DNA of 64,000 bases from positions 1,216,001 to 1,280,000 of the forward strand of contig CAWDSK010000006.1 of the NCBI GenBank assembly GCA_963804995.1, read 5' to 3'. The notes beneath the pieces are model-generated. The model had not been told where the DNA came from. It worked only from the letters and a program-made list of their open reading frames with translations, and did not search any database. The stretch is from an uncultured Acidobacteriota bacterium. GTDB lineage: Bacteria; Acidobacteriota; Terriglobia; UBA7540. The translations under genes and the position numbers were made by a program. This document shows, piece after piece, positions 1 through 10,292 of this stretch (within the stretch, counting starts at the first letter, position 1; each line of letters begins with the position of its first letter).

Positions 1-449
1 CAGCCGGGAATTGCAAGGTATTCGCGGCCGCAGCCTTCCTTGCTGCTCCGAGGATGGTCTCCTCTGATCCTCTTGCGACAGGGTGAGGAGCGCCATCCAG
101 TGTTCCGTCAAAGTCCAATGGGATTGAATAAGCCCCCCACCTGCCTCCCTTCGCGGCTCGGTGCCACCGCACAGACCTTTCATGTTATATTAAAGATTCG
201 TACGCAGACTGGTAATGCAGACGCCAAGCGATGCCCCTTGGTCGTCAGGGCAAGGGACCACCGAAAACTTTCAACCAACTTGTAATGCCAACCGAGGGTT
301 CTTTCTTCGGATCGCTTGGGTCCCGGAAGACCGTATAAGCGCTGGACGGAGGGCAGCGACAACACGCATAATGCACTCGCTGCGACCCCACGACAATTCT
401 CGAACCTAATACCTCGAGCAGATACTACAATCCTGAAGGAGTCAAAGTC

Positions 450-1175
450 TTGACCGAAAAAAAGCAAGCCGAAGCGGCAAGCGGCGATGACCGCCGACAG
501 TATGTGAATTTTGGTTTTCATCGTGTCGATCCAGTCTGGCGGCGGCAACCCGCCGAAGACCGCAAGCGCGGCAAATGCCAATTTATCGATGTGGTCAAAA
601 GCTACGAACAGGATGTGATGGTGATCCCTTACTCCCTGGTGGGAGTGCGAGGCGACTGTGACTTCATGCTGTGGCGCATCGGGTATGACCTGCTGAAATT
701 TCAGGAGATGATGGCGAAGCTGCTCGAAACCGATCTGGGGAAATACCTGACCACGCCCTATTCGTATCTCTCCATGACCAAACGCTCCGTCTACGTAGAC
801 AAGCACCAACACCCTGGACAGGAAGGCGTGCGGCTAAAGTTGATCCCCGGCCAGTTCCGGTACCTCTTCGTTTACCCCTTCGTCAAAAGCAAGGCCTGGT
901 ACCGCCTGACCAAGCACGCGCGCCAAGGCATGATGGACGAGCACATTGAAATCGGCCATCGCTACCCCACCGTGCGGTTGAACACCACTTACTCCTTTGG
1001 CCTCGACGACCAGGAATTCGTTGTGGCGTTTGAAAGCGACAAACCTGAGCACTTTGTCGACCTGGTTATGGAACTTCGACACAGCGAGGCAACCAGCTAC
1101 ACCGTCCGCGACACCCCCACGTTTACATGTGTGCACCGTGAATTGAATGAAGTTCTGGATTTGCTCGGGGGCTGA
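450..1175 (+). CDS. chdC: Chlorite dismutase / coproheme decarboxylase (HemQ/ChdC) family heme-binding protein
   Basis: 241 aa; YPFVKSKAWY, MMDEHIEIGHRY and YSFGLDDQEFVVAFE motifs typical of Cld/ChdC; TTG start with AAGGAG upstream. Confidence 0.8.
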   Translation: MTEKKQAEAASGDDRRQYVNFGFHRVDPVWRRQPAEDRKRGKCQFIDVVKSYEQDVMVIPYSLVGVRGDCDFMLWRIGYDLLKFQEMMAKLLETDLGKYLTTPYSYLSMTKRSVYVDKHQHPGQEGVRLKLIPGQFRYLFVYPFVKSKAWYRLTKHARQGMMDEHIEIGHRYPTVRLNTTYSFGLDDQEFVVAFESDKPEHFVDLVMELRHSEATSYTVRDTPTFTCVHRELNEVLDLLGG

Positions 1176-1317
1176 GTTTCGGGAAACGGGACGCGGGATA
1201 TGGGGTTAGGACAAGTTGCTAACTCCTCTAGTCCCGTGGTCTGAAACCAAGTCCTACTGAAAATTGAACCCGAAGTCCAAATTCTAAACCGGTATCCCGT
1301 GTCCAGAGCGAATCGCC

Positions 1318-2013
1318 ATGCCCACCAAAACCAAACCTGCCAGGCAAACTTCGAAGGTCAAACCAAAAATCGATTACACCTCGCCCGCCCGCATGCAGAA
1401 GATCTTCGCAGGACTTGACGCGCTCTTCCCGCATGCCCAGTGCGCGCTGCGGCACGAAAACGCATTCCAGCTTCTCGTCGCAACGATCCTCTCCGCACAG
1501 TGTACCGATGAGCGGGTAAATAAGGTCACGCCGGAGCTTTTCCGCAAGCATCCCACCCCCCAGGATTTGGCGGTGTTGCCGCAACCTGAACTCGAAGCTG
1601 AGATCCGCTCCACCGGTTTCTTTCGCAACAAAGCAAAAAGCATTATTGGGGCGGCCGCGAAGATCATGAAGGATTTCGGTGGCAAGGTTCCAAGGACCAT
1701 GGATGAACTGCTCACCCTGCCCGGCGTGGCACGGAAAACCGCCAACGTAGTGCTCGGAACCGCTTTTGGCATCGCCAGCGGCGTAGTGGTGGATACTCAC
1801 GTCTTCCGGATCGCGCACCGCCTGAAGCTTTCCAATCAAAAAACGCCCGAAAAGGTGGAGCAGGACCTGATGACACTGGTACCGCAGAACCGTTGGATTT
1901 CGTTCAGTCACCAGGTTATCTGGTTTGGAAGGAAAATCTGCGAGGCGCGCAAACCCCTTTGCGCCGAATGCCCCCTAGCTTCCGTCTGCAACTCTCCGGA
2001 CAAGACCATTTGA
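1318..2013 (+). CDS. nth: Endonuclease III (DNA glycosylase/AP lyase)
   Basis: LLVATILSAQCTD, HhH motif LPGVARKTA, VDTHV, C-terminal 4Fe-4S motif CEARKPLCAECPLASVC. Confidence 0.97.
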   Translation: MPTKTKPARQTSKVKPKIDYTSPARMQKIFAGLDALFPHAQCALRHENAFQLLVATILSAQCTDERVNKVTPELFRKHPTPQDLAVLPQPELEAEIRSTGFFRNKAKSIIGAAAKIMKDFGGKVPRTMDELLTLPGVARKTANVVLGTAFGIASGVVVDTHVFRIAHRLKLSNQKTPEKVEQDLMTLVPQNRWISFSHQVIWFGRKICEARKPLCAECPLASVCNSPDKTI

Positions 2014-2028
2014 AAACTGGAGCGCCGG

Positions 2029-3522
2029 TCACTTGAGCTCAGGGCTCCACTGCAGGGTGGTTATTGAGAGGGGCCGCAAATCGACGCGCAAGTCACGGTC
2101 ACGCCAGCCCAGATGGATGGTGGCGGGAACATGTTGGCTGTTCAGCACCTCGGCCACCAGCCGGCCCTCGGGGGTCTTGAAGGCGATGACCCTCACGTGC
2201 TCGTTCGCGCCCTGGGTATCAACCCGCACCGAGCCAGGCCGCACGAACTTGCTGAAATGCGCCAGGTAGCAGTAAAGGCCCGTGTAAGTGACTTGTTGCT
2301 TTTTGCGATCGATGATGACCACGGGATGCTGGATATTTTCCGGGTTGTCCTCGTGCGCCTCGGACACCAGCCACGGTCCTCCGTTCTGGTCCAGGATCAT
2401 GTTCCAGTAGATCCAAGCGGAAGAACCCTCTTCGAGGTCGGTCACGATCAAATTCCCCCAGAAATCCCCATCCAGGAAATCATAGCGGGGCAAGGGCATG
2501 CTGGGCGGCTGACCCGACCCGTACGAGTAACAGACCTCCGTCTGCCAGATCTTGAGGTCGGGATAGCGCTTGTGCAGGCTCGTCATGGGCTCCGAACTCT
2601 TCCACCGGTAGCCATGAAACGGGAGCAGGGGGACATACTTGCGCGCTTCGGGGTCGTCTAGAATCATCGGGTAATTCTTGGCGGCGCTCTCACGGTCTTC
2701 GGCCTCGGCAAAACAGACTTTGGTCTTTACCCCCGCCTCCTGAAACAGTGGAGCCACGTGTTCCTTGTACAGAGTGCGGATGGACTCATAAGGAATCTTG
2801 GTGTAAATCCCCGGCTCGTTAAACAAGCTCAGGTAATCGATAAAGACTCCGTGCTTTTGGTATTCCTGGAGGTAGCGCAAGTAGTATTGGGCGAGCACTT
2901 TGTAATACTGGGGATTAACGTCCTGGTGCGCCCGGTCCTCGACCGTCGTGAGCATCCAATCCGGCGGATAATCCATGGGGGCTTCCAATTGAAACTGGCC
3001 ATACTTGCGAGCGCGCTTGATGTAGGTAATGAGTCCGTTCGGCCCAAGATCCCGCTGGATTGAAAAGTGTGTGAGCTCTGTGTCTCCGGGCGTGTCGTCG
3101 TAAGAATAGAACGGTCCCGCCGACATGAAATCGGTCGCGGCAATCGCCGTCTTCATCGTCGTGAATCCGGCACCCGTTTTCGGGTCGAACAGGGAGCGCA
3201 GAACTTCTTCCTGCTTCGCAGGCGGAAGGCTGTTCAAGCAGACCAACCCCGCTTCCATGAACGATGCCCCAAAGCCGTCGATCTCCTGGTACGTGATACG
3301 GTCGTCAATTTGAAACGTGGAGGGGGACGTCGGCTTGCCCGGCTCAAAACGCAGCGAGGCTTTCGGAGCCAACCGGTCACCCGCCTTCGAGGAGGCGTAA
3401 ACCTGCACTTGTTGAGCACGGCACGGGGTGAGACCCGCCAGCGCCAGGAAAATTGCGGCGAGCAGGGGGGTAATCCGGCCATTCGAATCTTTCTCTCGGA
3501 CCATTTTGGAGGTAGCACGCAT
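2029..3522 (-). CDS. Secreted glycoside hydrolase family 30 (glucosylceramidase-like)
   Basis: Signal peptide; QEIDGFGAS, catalytic NEP and QTE motifs, WIYWNMILD, HFSKFVRPG typical of GH30. Confidence 0.88.
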   Translation of the reverse strand: MRATSKMVREKDSNGRITPLLAAIFLALAGLTPCRAQQVQVYASSKAGDRLAPKASLRFEPGKPTSPSTFQIDDRITYQEIDGFGASFMEAGLVCLNSLPPAKQEEVLRSLFDPKTGAGFTTMKTAIAATDFMSAGPFYSYDDTPGDTELTHFSIQRDLGPNGLITYIKRARKYGQFQLEAPMDYPPDWMLTTVEDRAHQDVNPQYYKVLAQYYLRYLQEYQKHGVFIDYLSLFNEPGIYTKIPYESIRTLYKEHVAPLFQEAGVKTKVCFAEAEDRESAAKNYPMILDDPEARKYVPLLPFHGYRWKSSEPMTSLHKRYPDLKIWQTEVCYSYGSGQPPSMPLPRYDFLDGDFWGNLIVTDLEEGSSAWIYWNMILDQNGGPWLVSEAHEDNPENIQHPVVIIDRKKQQVTYTGLYCYLAHFSKFVRPGSVRVDTQGANEHVRVIAFKTPEGRLVAEVLNSQHVPATIHLGWRDRDLRVDLRPLSITTLQWSPELK

Positions 3523-3630
3523 CGCGGACCTGGGGAGAGTGGGAGTAAGGGGAGAGCAGGCCTGCCAGCAGGAGGCCGGGTTGAGATCATCAACCCGGCT
3601 CCCAACGCAGCAAGCTTGCGCAACACCGTC

Positions 3631-4923
3631 TTACAGGAGAGCGGTCAGCACCTTCTGGAAGGCATGGATGACGTCGTCCTCATCCCGCTTAGTCAGACAG
3701 GACGGGACAGGAATCAGAATGGTGCGCTCGAACAAGCTATCCGCCGTCGGGCACGCACCCTTGGCGTAATTCCTTGGCAAGCCGGCATTCTCCGCAAGCT
3801 TCCAAGGAAAGCCATGGCCGTCAATGCTGGCCTGGGTCAACAAGCTGACATTATTGTAATACAGGTGTAGACCCCAACTGGTCATAACAACATCGGAAAT
3901 ACCTTGGGGATAGGTCACAATTCCCTCGGCACGCAGGGCAAGATTGACGCGCTGGGCCGTGTCCGCATCTTTGTAAGTCGTCAGCAGGAAGCACGACGTG
4001 TCACCCTTGGGGTCCAGAATGCGCCGTAACTGGACCTGTGGAAACTTGGCCAGGGCCTTGCGAACCCGGTACTTGCTCCGCTGCATGCTCTTGACAACCG
4101 TCGAAAGCTTTTTCAACTGCACCCGCAGGATCGCGGCACGCAGTTCGTCCAGCCGATAGCCCCGGCCCCACAGAACCAAATCGGGATCGTCAACAATCAG
4201 CCGGCCGTTCTCGTCCCGGGCGTAACCCAGATCATGAGAGGCGAAGGCTCGTCGATAGAGGCGCAGGTCATTCGTCACCACACAACCGCCCTCACCCGCC
4301 GTCATATTCTTGTTCATCTGGAAACTGAAGATTCCCATGTCGCCAAAGGTGCCGACCTTCTTGCCGTTGATGCTCCCGCCGTTGCACTGGGCGCAGTCTT
4401 CCAGCAGAAACAATCCATGGGCGCGGGCAATCTTTTGGATTGCAGGGGCGTTACCCGGTGCTCCGCTCATGTGGACCAGAACGATGCCACGTGTCTTGGG
4501 AGTAATTTTCTTTTCGACATCCGCAGGGTCCAGGCAAAAGGTGTCATCGATATCAGCCAGCACGGGGATGGCGCCCTGATTCACTATGGCTGCCAGCACC
4601 GCAACCCACATATAAGCCGGCACAATCACTTCCTGGCCGGGTCCAATGCCGAGCGCGGAAAGAGCGACGTGCAACGCACCCGTGCCGCTGCTGACCGCCA
4701 AGGCATACTTGGTACCTACGACTTTGGCAAACTCTGCTTCGAGCTTATCCACTTCTTTCTGCAACTTGATGCCATAAAAACGGAAGGGAGATCGGGCCTT
4801 GAGCAGGCGCAATCCTGCCTGCACCTCCTTGTTATCCATATGATGGATGCCAGGAAATTCCAACGGCAGGGGCTTGGTCCGAACCGGCTTCCCCCCGTCA
4901 ATTGCAAGCTTCTCAGTCTTCAT
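3631..4923 (-). CDS. DegT/DnrJ/EryC1/StrS family PLP-dependent aminotransferase
   Basis: SSGTGALH, EDCAQ, FSFQMNKNMTAGEGG with the PLP lysine. Confidence 0.93.
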   Translation of the reverse strand: MKTEKLAIDGGKPVRTKPLPLEFPGIHHMDNKEVQAGLRLLKARSPFRFYGIKLQKEVDKLEAEFAKVVGTKYALAVSSGTGALHVALSALGIGPGQEVIVPAYMWVAVLAAIVNQGAIPVLADIDDTFCLDPADVEKKITPKTRGIVLVHMSGAPGNAPAIQKIARAHGLFLLEDCAQCNGGSINGKKVGTFGDMGIFSFQMNKNMTAGEGGCVVTNDLRLYRRAFASHDLGYARDENGRLIVDDPDLVLWGRGYRLDELRAAILRVQLKKLSTVVKSMQRSKYRVRKALAKFPQVQLRRILDPKGDTSCFLLTTYKDADTAQRVNLALRAEGIVTYPQGISDVVMTSWGLHLYYNNVSLLTQASIDGHGFPWKLAENAGLPRNYAKGACPTADSLFERTILIPVPSCLTKRDEDDVIHAFQKVLTALL

Positions 4924-5271
4924 AAGCGCACCTCATTGAATTTAAAAGTCAAGATTCCACAACCTTCGCTACTAAAACTGGCTACGAGTGAACCTCACGG
5001 GTTTGCAGCATTCCTCCGGCTAAACAACTGGCCGTGCCAGGCGCACCCTTCGCTCGGACTCGAGATACCTCCAGAGAAACCATCCAGAAGGAGGTAAAAC
5101 CAAGCGCACAACTGTAACACCTGTTTTCATGTCGCGCCAGAGGGTTGATGGGGAAGAAATCAGGGCAGTGCTAAGAAGGCACGAATCTCCTGCCGACCTT
5201 TTTTAGGCGAAAGGCACCTAATGTGGGGACTGAAACTCCCCATGCGGAGAACTGGCGGGAACTTCTTCAGC

Positions 5272-6231
5272 TTAGCCAGACAAACCGTGATTTGCCATTT
5301 CTCGGCTGAGTTCCGGCGGCAGGAGGAAGGTCACCTTCTCTTCCACGGCCGCGACCTCTTCCACCTGTTCCACCCCCATCATCCTGAAATACTCCAGAAC
5401 TTGTTGGACGAGGTATTCAGGGGCGGATGCGCCCGCGGTGATGGCTACGCACTCGATGCCCTCAAGCCAAGCGGGATTAATCTCTGAGGCATCCTCAATC
5501 AGGTAGGCCTTAGCCCCAGCGCCCTCGGCAACCTCTCGCAGGCGGCGGGAGTTGGAACTGTTGTCCGAACCGAGCACCAGCACCAGGCCCGCTTCCTCGG
5601 CCAAGACCTTGACCGCGGTTTGACGGTTTTGCGTGGCGTAACAAATGTCGTCGCTGGCAGGGGTAATCAACTTTGGGAAGCGCCGCCGCAGGACCTCAAT
5701 AATCAGGTTGGCGTCGTCCACTCCCAGGGTAGTCTGAGTGGTTACCGCCACACGCTCCGGGTCCGGAACCTGTATCTTCTCCGCTTCCTCAACGGTCCCC
5801 ACAAGTTGAATCTGGCCCGGAACCTCCCCCATCGTCCCGATCACTTCGTCGTGACCTGCATGCCCGACCAGGATGATAGTGCACCCTTCCCGGGCATAGC
5901 GAACCGCCTCCAGGTGAACCTTCGTAACCAGCGGGCAAGTAGCATCGATAACTCTTAGGTTCTTTGCAGCCGCCCGGGCTCGGACCTCCGGCGAGACACC
6001 ATGAGCGCTAAAGATGGCCACCGCCCCGGCGGGAATCCCCTCAAGCTCATCCACAAAGATTGCGCCCTTGGCTGCGAGGGAGCGGATGACATGTTTGTTG
6101 TGAACAATTTCTTTGCGGACATACACCGGAGCGCCATAAAGTTGCAAGGTCATGTTCACCACGTCGATGGCACGGTCGACGCCAGCACAGAATCCCCGAG
6201 GTTTCGCTAACAGGACCTTCTTCAATGGCAT
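5272..6231 (-). CDS. ispH: 4-hydroxy-3-methylbut-2-enyl diphosphate reductase
   Basis: PRGFCAGVDRA, IVHN, SAHG, DATCPLVTKVH, DICYATQNRQ, SSNS, TAGASAP. Confidence 0.98.
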   Translation of the reverse strand: MPLKKVLLAKPRGFCAGVDRAIDVVNMTLQLYGAPVYVRKEIVHNKHVIRSLAAKGAIFVDELEGIPAGAVAIFSAHGVSPEVRARAAAKNLRVIDATCPLVTKVHLEAVRYAREGCTIILVGHAGHDEVIGTMGEVPGQIQLVGTVEEAEKIQVPDPERVAVTTQTTLGVDDANLIIEVLRRRFPKLITPASDDICYATQNRQTAVKVLAEEAGLVLVLGSDNSSNSRRLREVAEGAGAKAYLIEDASEINPAWLEGIECVAITAGASAPEYLVQQVLEYFRMMGVEQVEEVAAVEEKVTFLLPPELSREMANHGLSG

Positions 6232-6410
6232 GTTATTCGCTCAGCTTGGCCCTAATTCAAGCGCGGCAATTGACTTGAAATTTGATTCTATAGGAATCGT
6301 GGAGATTCGTCAAAATCGCTTACCATCAACGTCGCGGGGCCACGCGTCCTCGTCGTAGCCAAGGATTAAGTTTAGACAGGGATTTCCAAAACCATGGGCG
6401 GGAGGGAACA

Positions 6411-7220
6411 TCACGTCACGATATCTTCGCCACCATCCACGCGGATAACATTGCCCGTCACCCAATGCGTCTTCTCGCTCATCAAAGCCGCGATGGCGCT
6501 GGCGACGTCCTCCGGTGTGGTCAGCCGCCCCCCGGGATTGCGCAGGCGCGCGAATTCCGTCAGCTTTTCGATCCCTGGAATCTTGCTGGAACCGGGGGTA
6601 ATGGTAACGCCGGCCTGAATCGCGTTGGCAGTGATTCCATGGGGCATGAGTTCATACGCGAGCTGGCGGATGTGCGATTCCATGACCGCCTTGGCGGCTG
6701 AGACCGCGCCGTAATTGGGAATCACGCTGTGCCCGCCCGCGCTGGTCATGGCATAAATGCGGCTGCCGTGGCCCAGCATTTTTCGGCGGAACAAATCCTG
6801 CACCCAGTAAACCAGGTTATTGCCCATCACGTCCACGGTCATGTCCATCTGTTGCTGGGTCAGTTCTTCGTCGAGCGTCTCCGCCAAATAGGCCTTCAGG
6901 GAGCCGAACGCAACTGAATGCATAAAGACTTTGACGAAGTGGCGGCCTCCGGTTTTCTTCCAATGCTCCTGCATCTGGTTCAACGCCTCAGCGCGCTTGG
7001 CCGGGTCGGCGGCGTTGAGGTTGAAGAACAGAGCCTCACGTCCGGTTTCGCGAATCCGCGCCACAACCTGCTCCACCTGAGGCATATTCGAGCGGCGATC
7101 AAAATGCACGCCAAAGATGTGCAGCCCGGAGCGTGCCAACTCCAGGCACGCAGCGGCGCCAAACCCGCTTGACGAACCAACAATCACGCCCCAGGGGTTG
7201 GGGCCCGTAGTTTCGGTCAT
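6411..7220 (-). CDS. SDR oxidoreductase, FabL-like enoyl-ACP reductase type
   Basis: GSSSGFG Rossmann motif and YGAVSAAK (Y-x6-K) active site. Start placed at the ATG at 7220 (MTETTGP) rather than the longer ORF. Confidence 0.8.
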   Translation of the reverse strand: MTETTGPNPWGVIVGSSSGFGAAACLELARSGLHIFGVHFDRRSNMPQVEQVVARIRETGREALFFNLNAADPAKRAEALNQMQEHWKKTGGRHFVKVFMHSVAFGSLKAYLAETLDEELTQQQMDMTVDVMGNNLVYWVQDLFRRKMLGHGSRIYAMTSAGGHSVIPNYGAVSAAKAVMESHIRQLAYELMPHGITANAIQAGVTITPGSSKIPGIEKLTEFARLRNPGGRLTTPEDVASAIAALMSEKTHWVTGNVIRVDGGEDIVT

Positions 7221-7237
7221 ATTCCGATATTCTCCGC

Positions 7238-7876
7238 TCAGTGGGTTTGCCCGGGACTGGCCTTGTAATCCTGTTCGACTTGCGCGATGAGGCCAGGGAT
7301 CATCTCGCGCAGCAGTTGGGTACAAGAAGCATTCATGGTACTGGCCACGCCCTCCACACCACCACCCTGAAGCGGCGCTTCCACGCGTTGTTCGCTTGAC
7401 CAGACCACCTTGTGATCCGCCATGCGCATCAGCGACAACTCCAAAGCCACACGTGCCTTGGCGCCCCCCTCGTCCACTTCCTCAAAGTTGAGGATTCTTC
7501 CCGCCAGCGTGTAATCCACTCGCTGGTGGGTGGGAAGCAGGCGGACCTGGGCGAAAGCGCCGGCGGAGTCCAGCCATTGGGCGGTAAACTCGGATAGCAT
7601 CGTCGCCGGGTCTGCGCCCCAACGGTGGTATTGATAAAAGTTCACCTGGGTTGGCGATTGGTAATAGGCCACGCGGTCGTCGCGAAGCACTTGGGGTGAG
7701 CGGAAGTGCTCCACTCCCAGGACATAGTCTGTCTTGGGATCGCTTGGGGAGGGCGCGGCCGGGACTTGCAAAGTATAGTAGTGGGTCTTGGGGACACTAC
7801 CGCATCCTGCCGAGAGAATAATCGACAGGAGCCCCAAGACTCCTCCCAGGCCCACCTTGAGACTAAGCTTCCACAC
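7238..7876 (-). CDS. PqiC-like ABC-transport auxiliary lipoprotein
   Basis: Lipobox LSAGC, HYYTL, YHRWGADP motif; probable GTG start at 7876 overlapping the tsaE stop. Confidence 0.75.
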   Translation of the reverse strand: MWKLSLKVGLGGVLGLLSIILSAGCGSVPKTHYYTLQVPAAPSPSDPKTDYVLGVEHFRSPQVLRDDRVAYYQSPTQVNFYQYHRWGADPATMLSEFTAQWLDSAGAFAQVRLLPTHQRVDYTLAGRILNFEEVDEGGAKARVALELSLMRMADHKVVWSSEQRVEAPLQGGGVEGVASTMNASCTQLLREMIPGLIAQVEQDYKASPGQTH

Positions 7877-8360
7877 GTTCGAAGAGGATTCGACGGTCGT
7901 CACGTCCACAATGCTCCATTTGGATTCTAACGCAAGGTATGGGGATATTATCTCCGAGCTTCTCGCCCCATTCAACAAAAACCGTAGTTACCTGACCAAC
8001 TAATTCTTCCAAGCCCAGACTGGCCAGGTCGCGCGACCCTTCAATTCGGTATAAGTCCGCGTGATACACTTTCGAGTCCGTGCCGTATTCATGCACCAAG
8101 GTGAAGGAAGGACTGGTAACCGCGTCTTCTTCCGCCGCGCCTAAGCCTGCCACGAGCCCCTTCACAAGGGTAGTCTTACCAGCTCCCAGCTCTCCCTCCA
8201 ACAGTACCAGACAGGGCGGCCGCACGAGGACCGCCAGTTCGCGGCCCAGGGCCACAGTTTCCTCAGCGGAGTGCGTGACGCGCTCAGCAAGCCTGGTCAC
8301 CATGCCGCGGGAATCCCCTGCACCACTCTCCGGCACAGATCTTTCATAACTCCCAGTCAC
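7863..8360 (-). CDS. tsaE: tRNA threonylcarbamoyladenosine biosynthesis ATPase
   Basis: GELGAGKTT P-loop, VTSPSFTLVHEY, HADLYR, VEWGE. Confidence 0.96.
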   Translation of the reverse strand: MTGSYERSVPESGAGDSRGMVTRLAERVTHSAEETVALGRELAVLVRPPCLVLLEGELGAGKTTLVKGLVAGLGAAEEDAVTSPSFTLVHEYGTDSKVYHADLYRIEGSRDLASLGLEELVGQVTTVFVEWGEKLGDNIPIPCVRIQMEHCGRDDRRILFERVEA

Positions 8361-9946
8361 TTCGAATAACCCTCGGCCAGGAGTTTATAAGCTCGCGGGA
8401 CCCTCTCAAGAAGGTCCCCTGCTACCATGGAAGGTTGCCCCAAATCTCCGGCGGCCAGGTCGCCCGCCAGACCATGCAAGTATACCGCAGCTATCGAAAC
8501 TTCGCTTGCGGAATACGTGGGAAATTGTGCCAGAAGTCCGGCAATCAACCCTGTCAGGACGTCGCCAGTCCCGCCGGTAGCCATTCCCGGGTTGCCCGTG
8601 GGATTCACCCAAACTTGTCCATCCGGGCTGGCGACCAGGGTGCGAAATCCCTTGAGCACCAGGGTTATTCCAAAACGTGCGGAGAATTCGCGCGCCACTT
8701 GTACACGCTCAGCTTGGACCGCGGCTGTCGTGCCCCCGATAAGGCGGGCCATCTCACCGGGGTGCGGAGTGAACACCGTCGCACCGGTTGGCCGCGCCTC
8801 CTTACGAAAATCATCCATGTTGCCCGCAAAAGCGTTCAGACCATCCGCATCCAGAACAAGTGGCAGAGGGCAACGGTTGACGATCGACCGCACCAACTCA
8901 GCCGTCTCAGGATGCGAGCCCACCCCGGGCCCCACAGCCAACACGGTTTTCCCTGCCAGGAGTTTCTCCACGCGCCCATAATCCAACGCGCGAAGAGAGA
9001 GTGTGCCGTCTTCGGTTTCGGGAAGCGGCTCCGTCATGAATTCCACGCCCAGTCCTGCAATGATCGGCAGCGCACTTTTTGGAGTGGCGACCGTCACCAG
9101 CCCCGCACCCGCGCGCAGCGCAGCTCGCGCGGCCATGGCGGCTGCGCCGGTTTTGCCGATTGACCCCGCCATGATCAACACATGACCATAGTTCCCCTTA
9201 TGCCCCGCAGGCTTCCGGGGCTGTCCAATCCACTGGACATCCTGCTGGCAGGCATAATTCAAGGTGAGTCCAGGATCACTCTCCAGGGCTTCGCGGGGTG
9301 TGCCGATTTGCTTCACTACCCACTCTCCCACCTGCTCGCAAGCCGGAGGGAATACATGGGCAATCTTGGGAGCGGTAAAAGTGACGGAGAAACCCGCGCG
9401 CACGTGCTCGCCGATCAGATCACCTGTGTCCGCCGAAATCCCCGAGGGAAGGTCAACGGCCAGCACGCGCGCGGCCGGGAATGCCGCATTGATGTCTCTC
9501 ACGACTTCCAGCAGTAATCCTTCCAGCGGTTTCGCGAGTCCCGTTCCTAGCAATGCGTCCACAATCAGTGTCGCGTCGGCGAGTGATGCCTTCAGGGTGC
9601 GCCAAGCTTCCGGGCTGCCCACAACCTCCGGAGGAGCTGTGGCGCAAAGCCGTTCGTAATTCACGGCGGCGTCACCGCGCAATCCCTTGGGGTCGGTGAA
9701 AAGCAGAACGCGTGCCTCCACTCCTTTCTCCCGAAGCAGGCGCGCCACCACCATGCCATCACCGCCGTTGTTCCCCTTACCACAGAGGATCACGATGCGT
9801 TGTTGAGCGAGGGGGGCGAAACGCGTCTCAAGAACCTCCACCACGCCGCGTCCGGCGTTCTCCATCAGAGTGAGGCTGGGAACACCAAACCGTTCCGTCG
9901 TGATGCGATCAATCCGCTGCATTTCGGAGGCAGTCAAAATCTTCAT
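8357..9946 (-). CDS. nnr: Bifunctional NAD(P)HX epimerase/dehydratase (YjeF)
   Basis: CGKGNNGGDG, DLPSG, HKGNYG, LDADGLN, TPHPGE, GNPGMATGGTGDVL; start at MKILT (9946); adjacent to tsaE. Confidence 0.96.
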   Translation of the reverse strand: MKILTASEMQRIDRITTERFGVPSLTLMENAGRGVVEVLETRFAPLAQQRIVILCGKGNNGGDGMVVARLLREKGVEARVLLFTDPKGLRGDAAVNYERLCATAPPEVVGSPEAWRTLKASLADATLIVDALLGTGLAKPLEGLLLEVVRDINAAFPAARVLAVDLPSGISADTGDLIGEHVRAGFSVTFTAPKIAHVFPPACEQVGEWVVKQIGTPREALESDPGLTLNYACQQDVQWIGQPRKPAGHKGNYGHVLIMAGSIGKTGAAAMAARAALRAGAGLVTVATPKSALPIIAGLGVEFMTEPLPETEDGTLSLRALDYGRVEKLLAGKTVLAVGPGVGSHPETAELVRSIVNRCPLPLVLDADGLNAFAGNMDDFRKEARPTGATVFTPHPGEMARLIGGTTAAVQAERVQVAREFSARFGITLVLKGFRTLVASPDGQVWVNPTGNPGMATGGTGDVLTGLIAGLLAQFPTYSASEVSIAAVYLHGLAGDLAAGDLGQPSMVAGDLLERVPRAYKLLAEGYSK

Positions 9947-9987
9947 AGCTGATTGTGTTGCCCGGAGAGGGCTCACCCGTTGAGGCG

Positions 9988-10292
9988 GTCAATCTAAGCC
10001 CGCGCTCCACTTACGTTGTCATTCTGAGCCCGCGCTGCACTTACGCTGTCATTGTGCGCCCACGCCACGCTTATGCTGTCATTCTGAGCATGCGCCACAC
10101 TTACGTTGTCATTCTGAGCCCGCACTTTGGGCGAAGAACCTCCGCAGTTCACTTCGTTCATCAACCCAGCAAACTACCGAGGTCCTTCGCTGCGCTCAGG
10201 ATGACAATTAATGGGCTTCGGATCCCTAACACTGAGTCGCCGACCCCGCGGACCGCCGAGGTCCTTCGCTCAAAAAACGGGCTCAGGATGAC
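9988..10292. repeat. Composite REP-like block: five 30-bp tandem units containing GTCATTCTGAGC, then a hairpin ending in two GCTCAGGATGAC ends
   Basis: Unit starts at 9988, 10018, 10048, 10078, 10108; inverted ends at 10194-10205 and 10281-10292. Confidence 0.92.

Noticed and set aside
2029..3522. GH30 glucosylceramidase as part of the glycolipid pathway
   Set aside because: It is more than 25 kb from the cluster with unrelated housekeeping genes in between, and GH30 substrates vary widely
9988..10137. CRISPR array
   Set aside because: The period is only 30 bp, the variable parts are about 10 nt and homologous to each other, and there are no cas genes; it is a tandem repeat of a REP end
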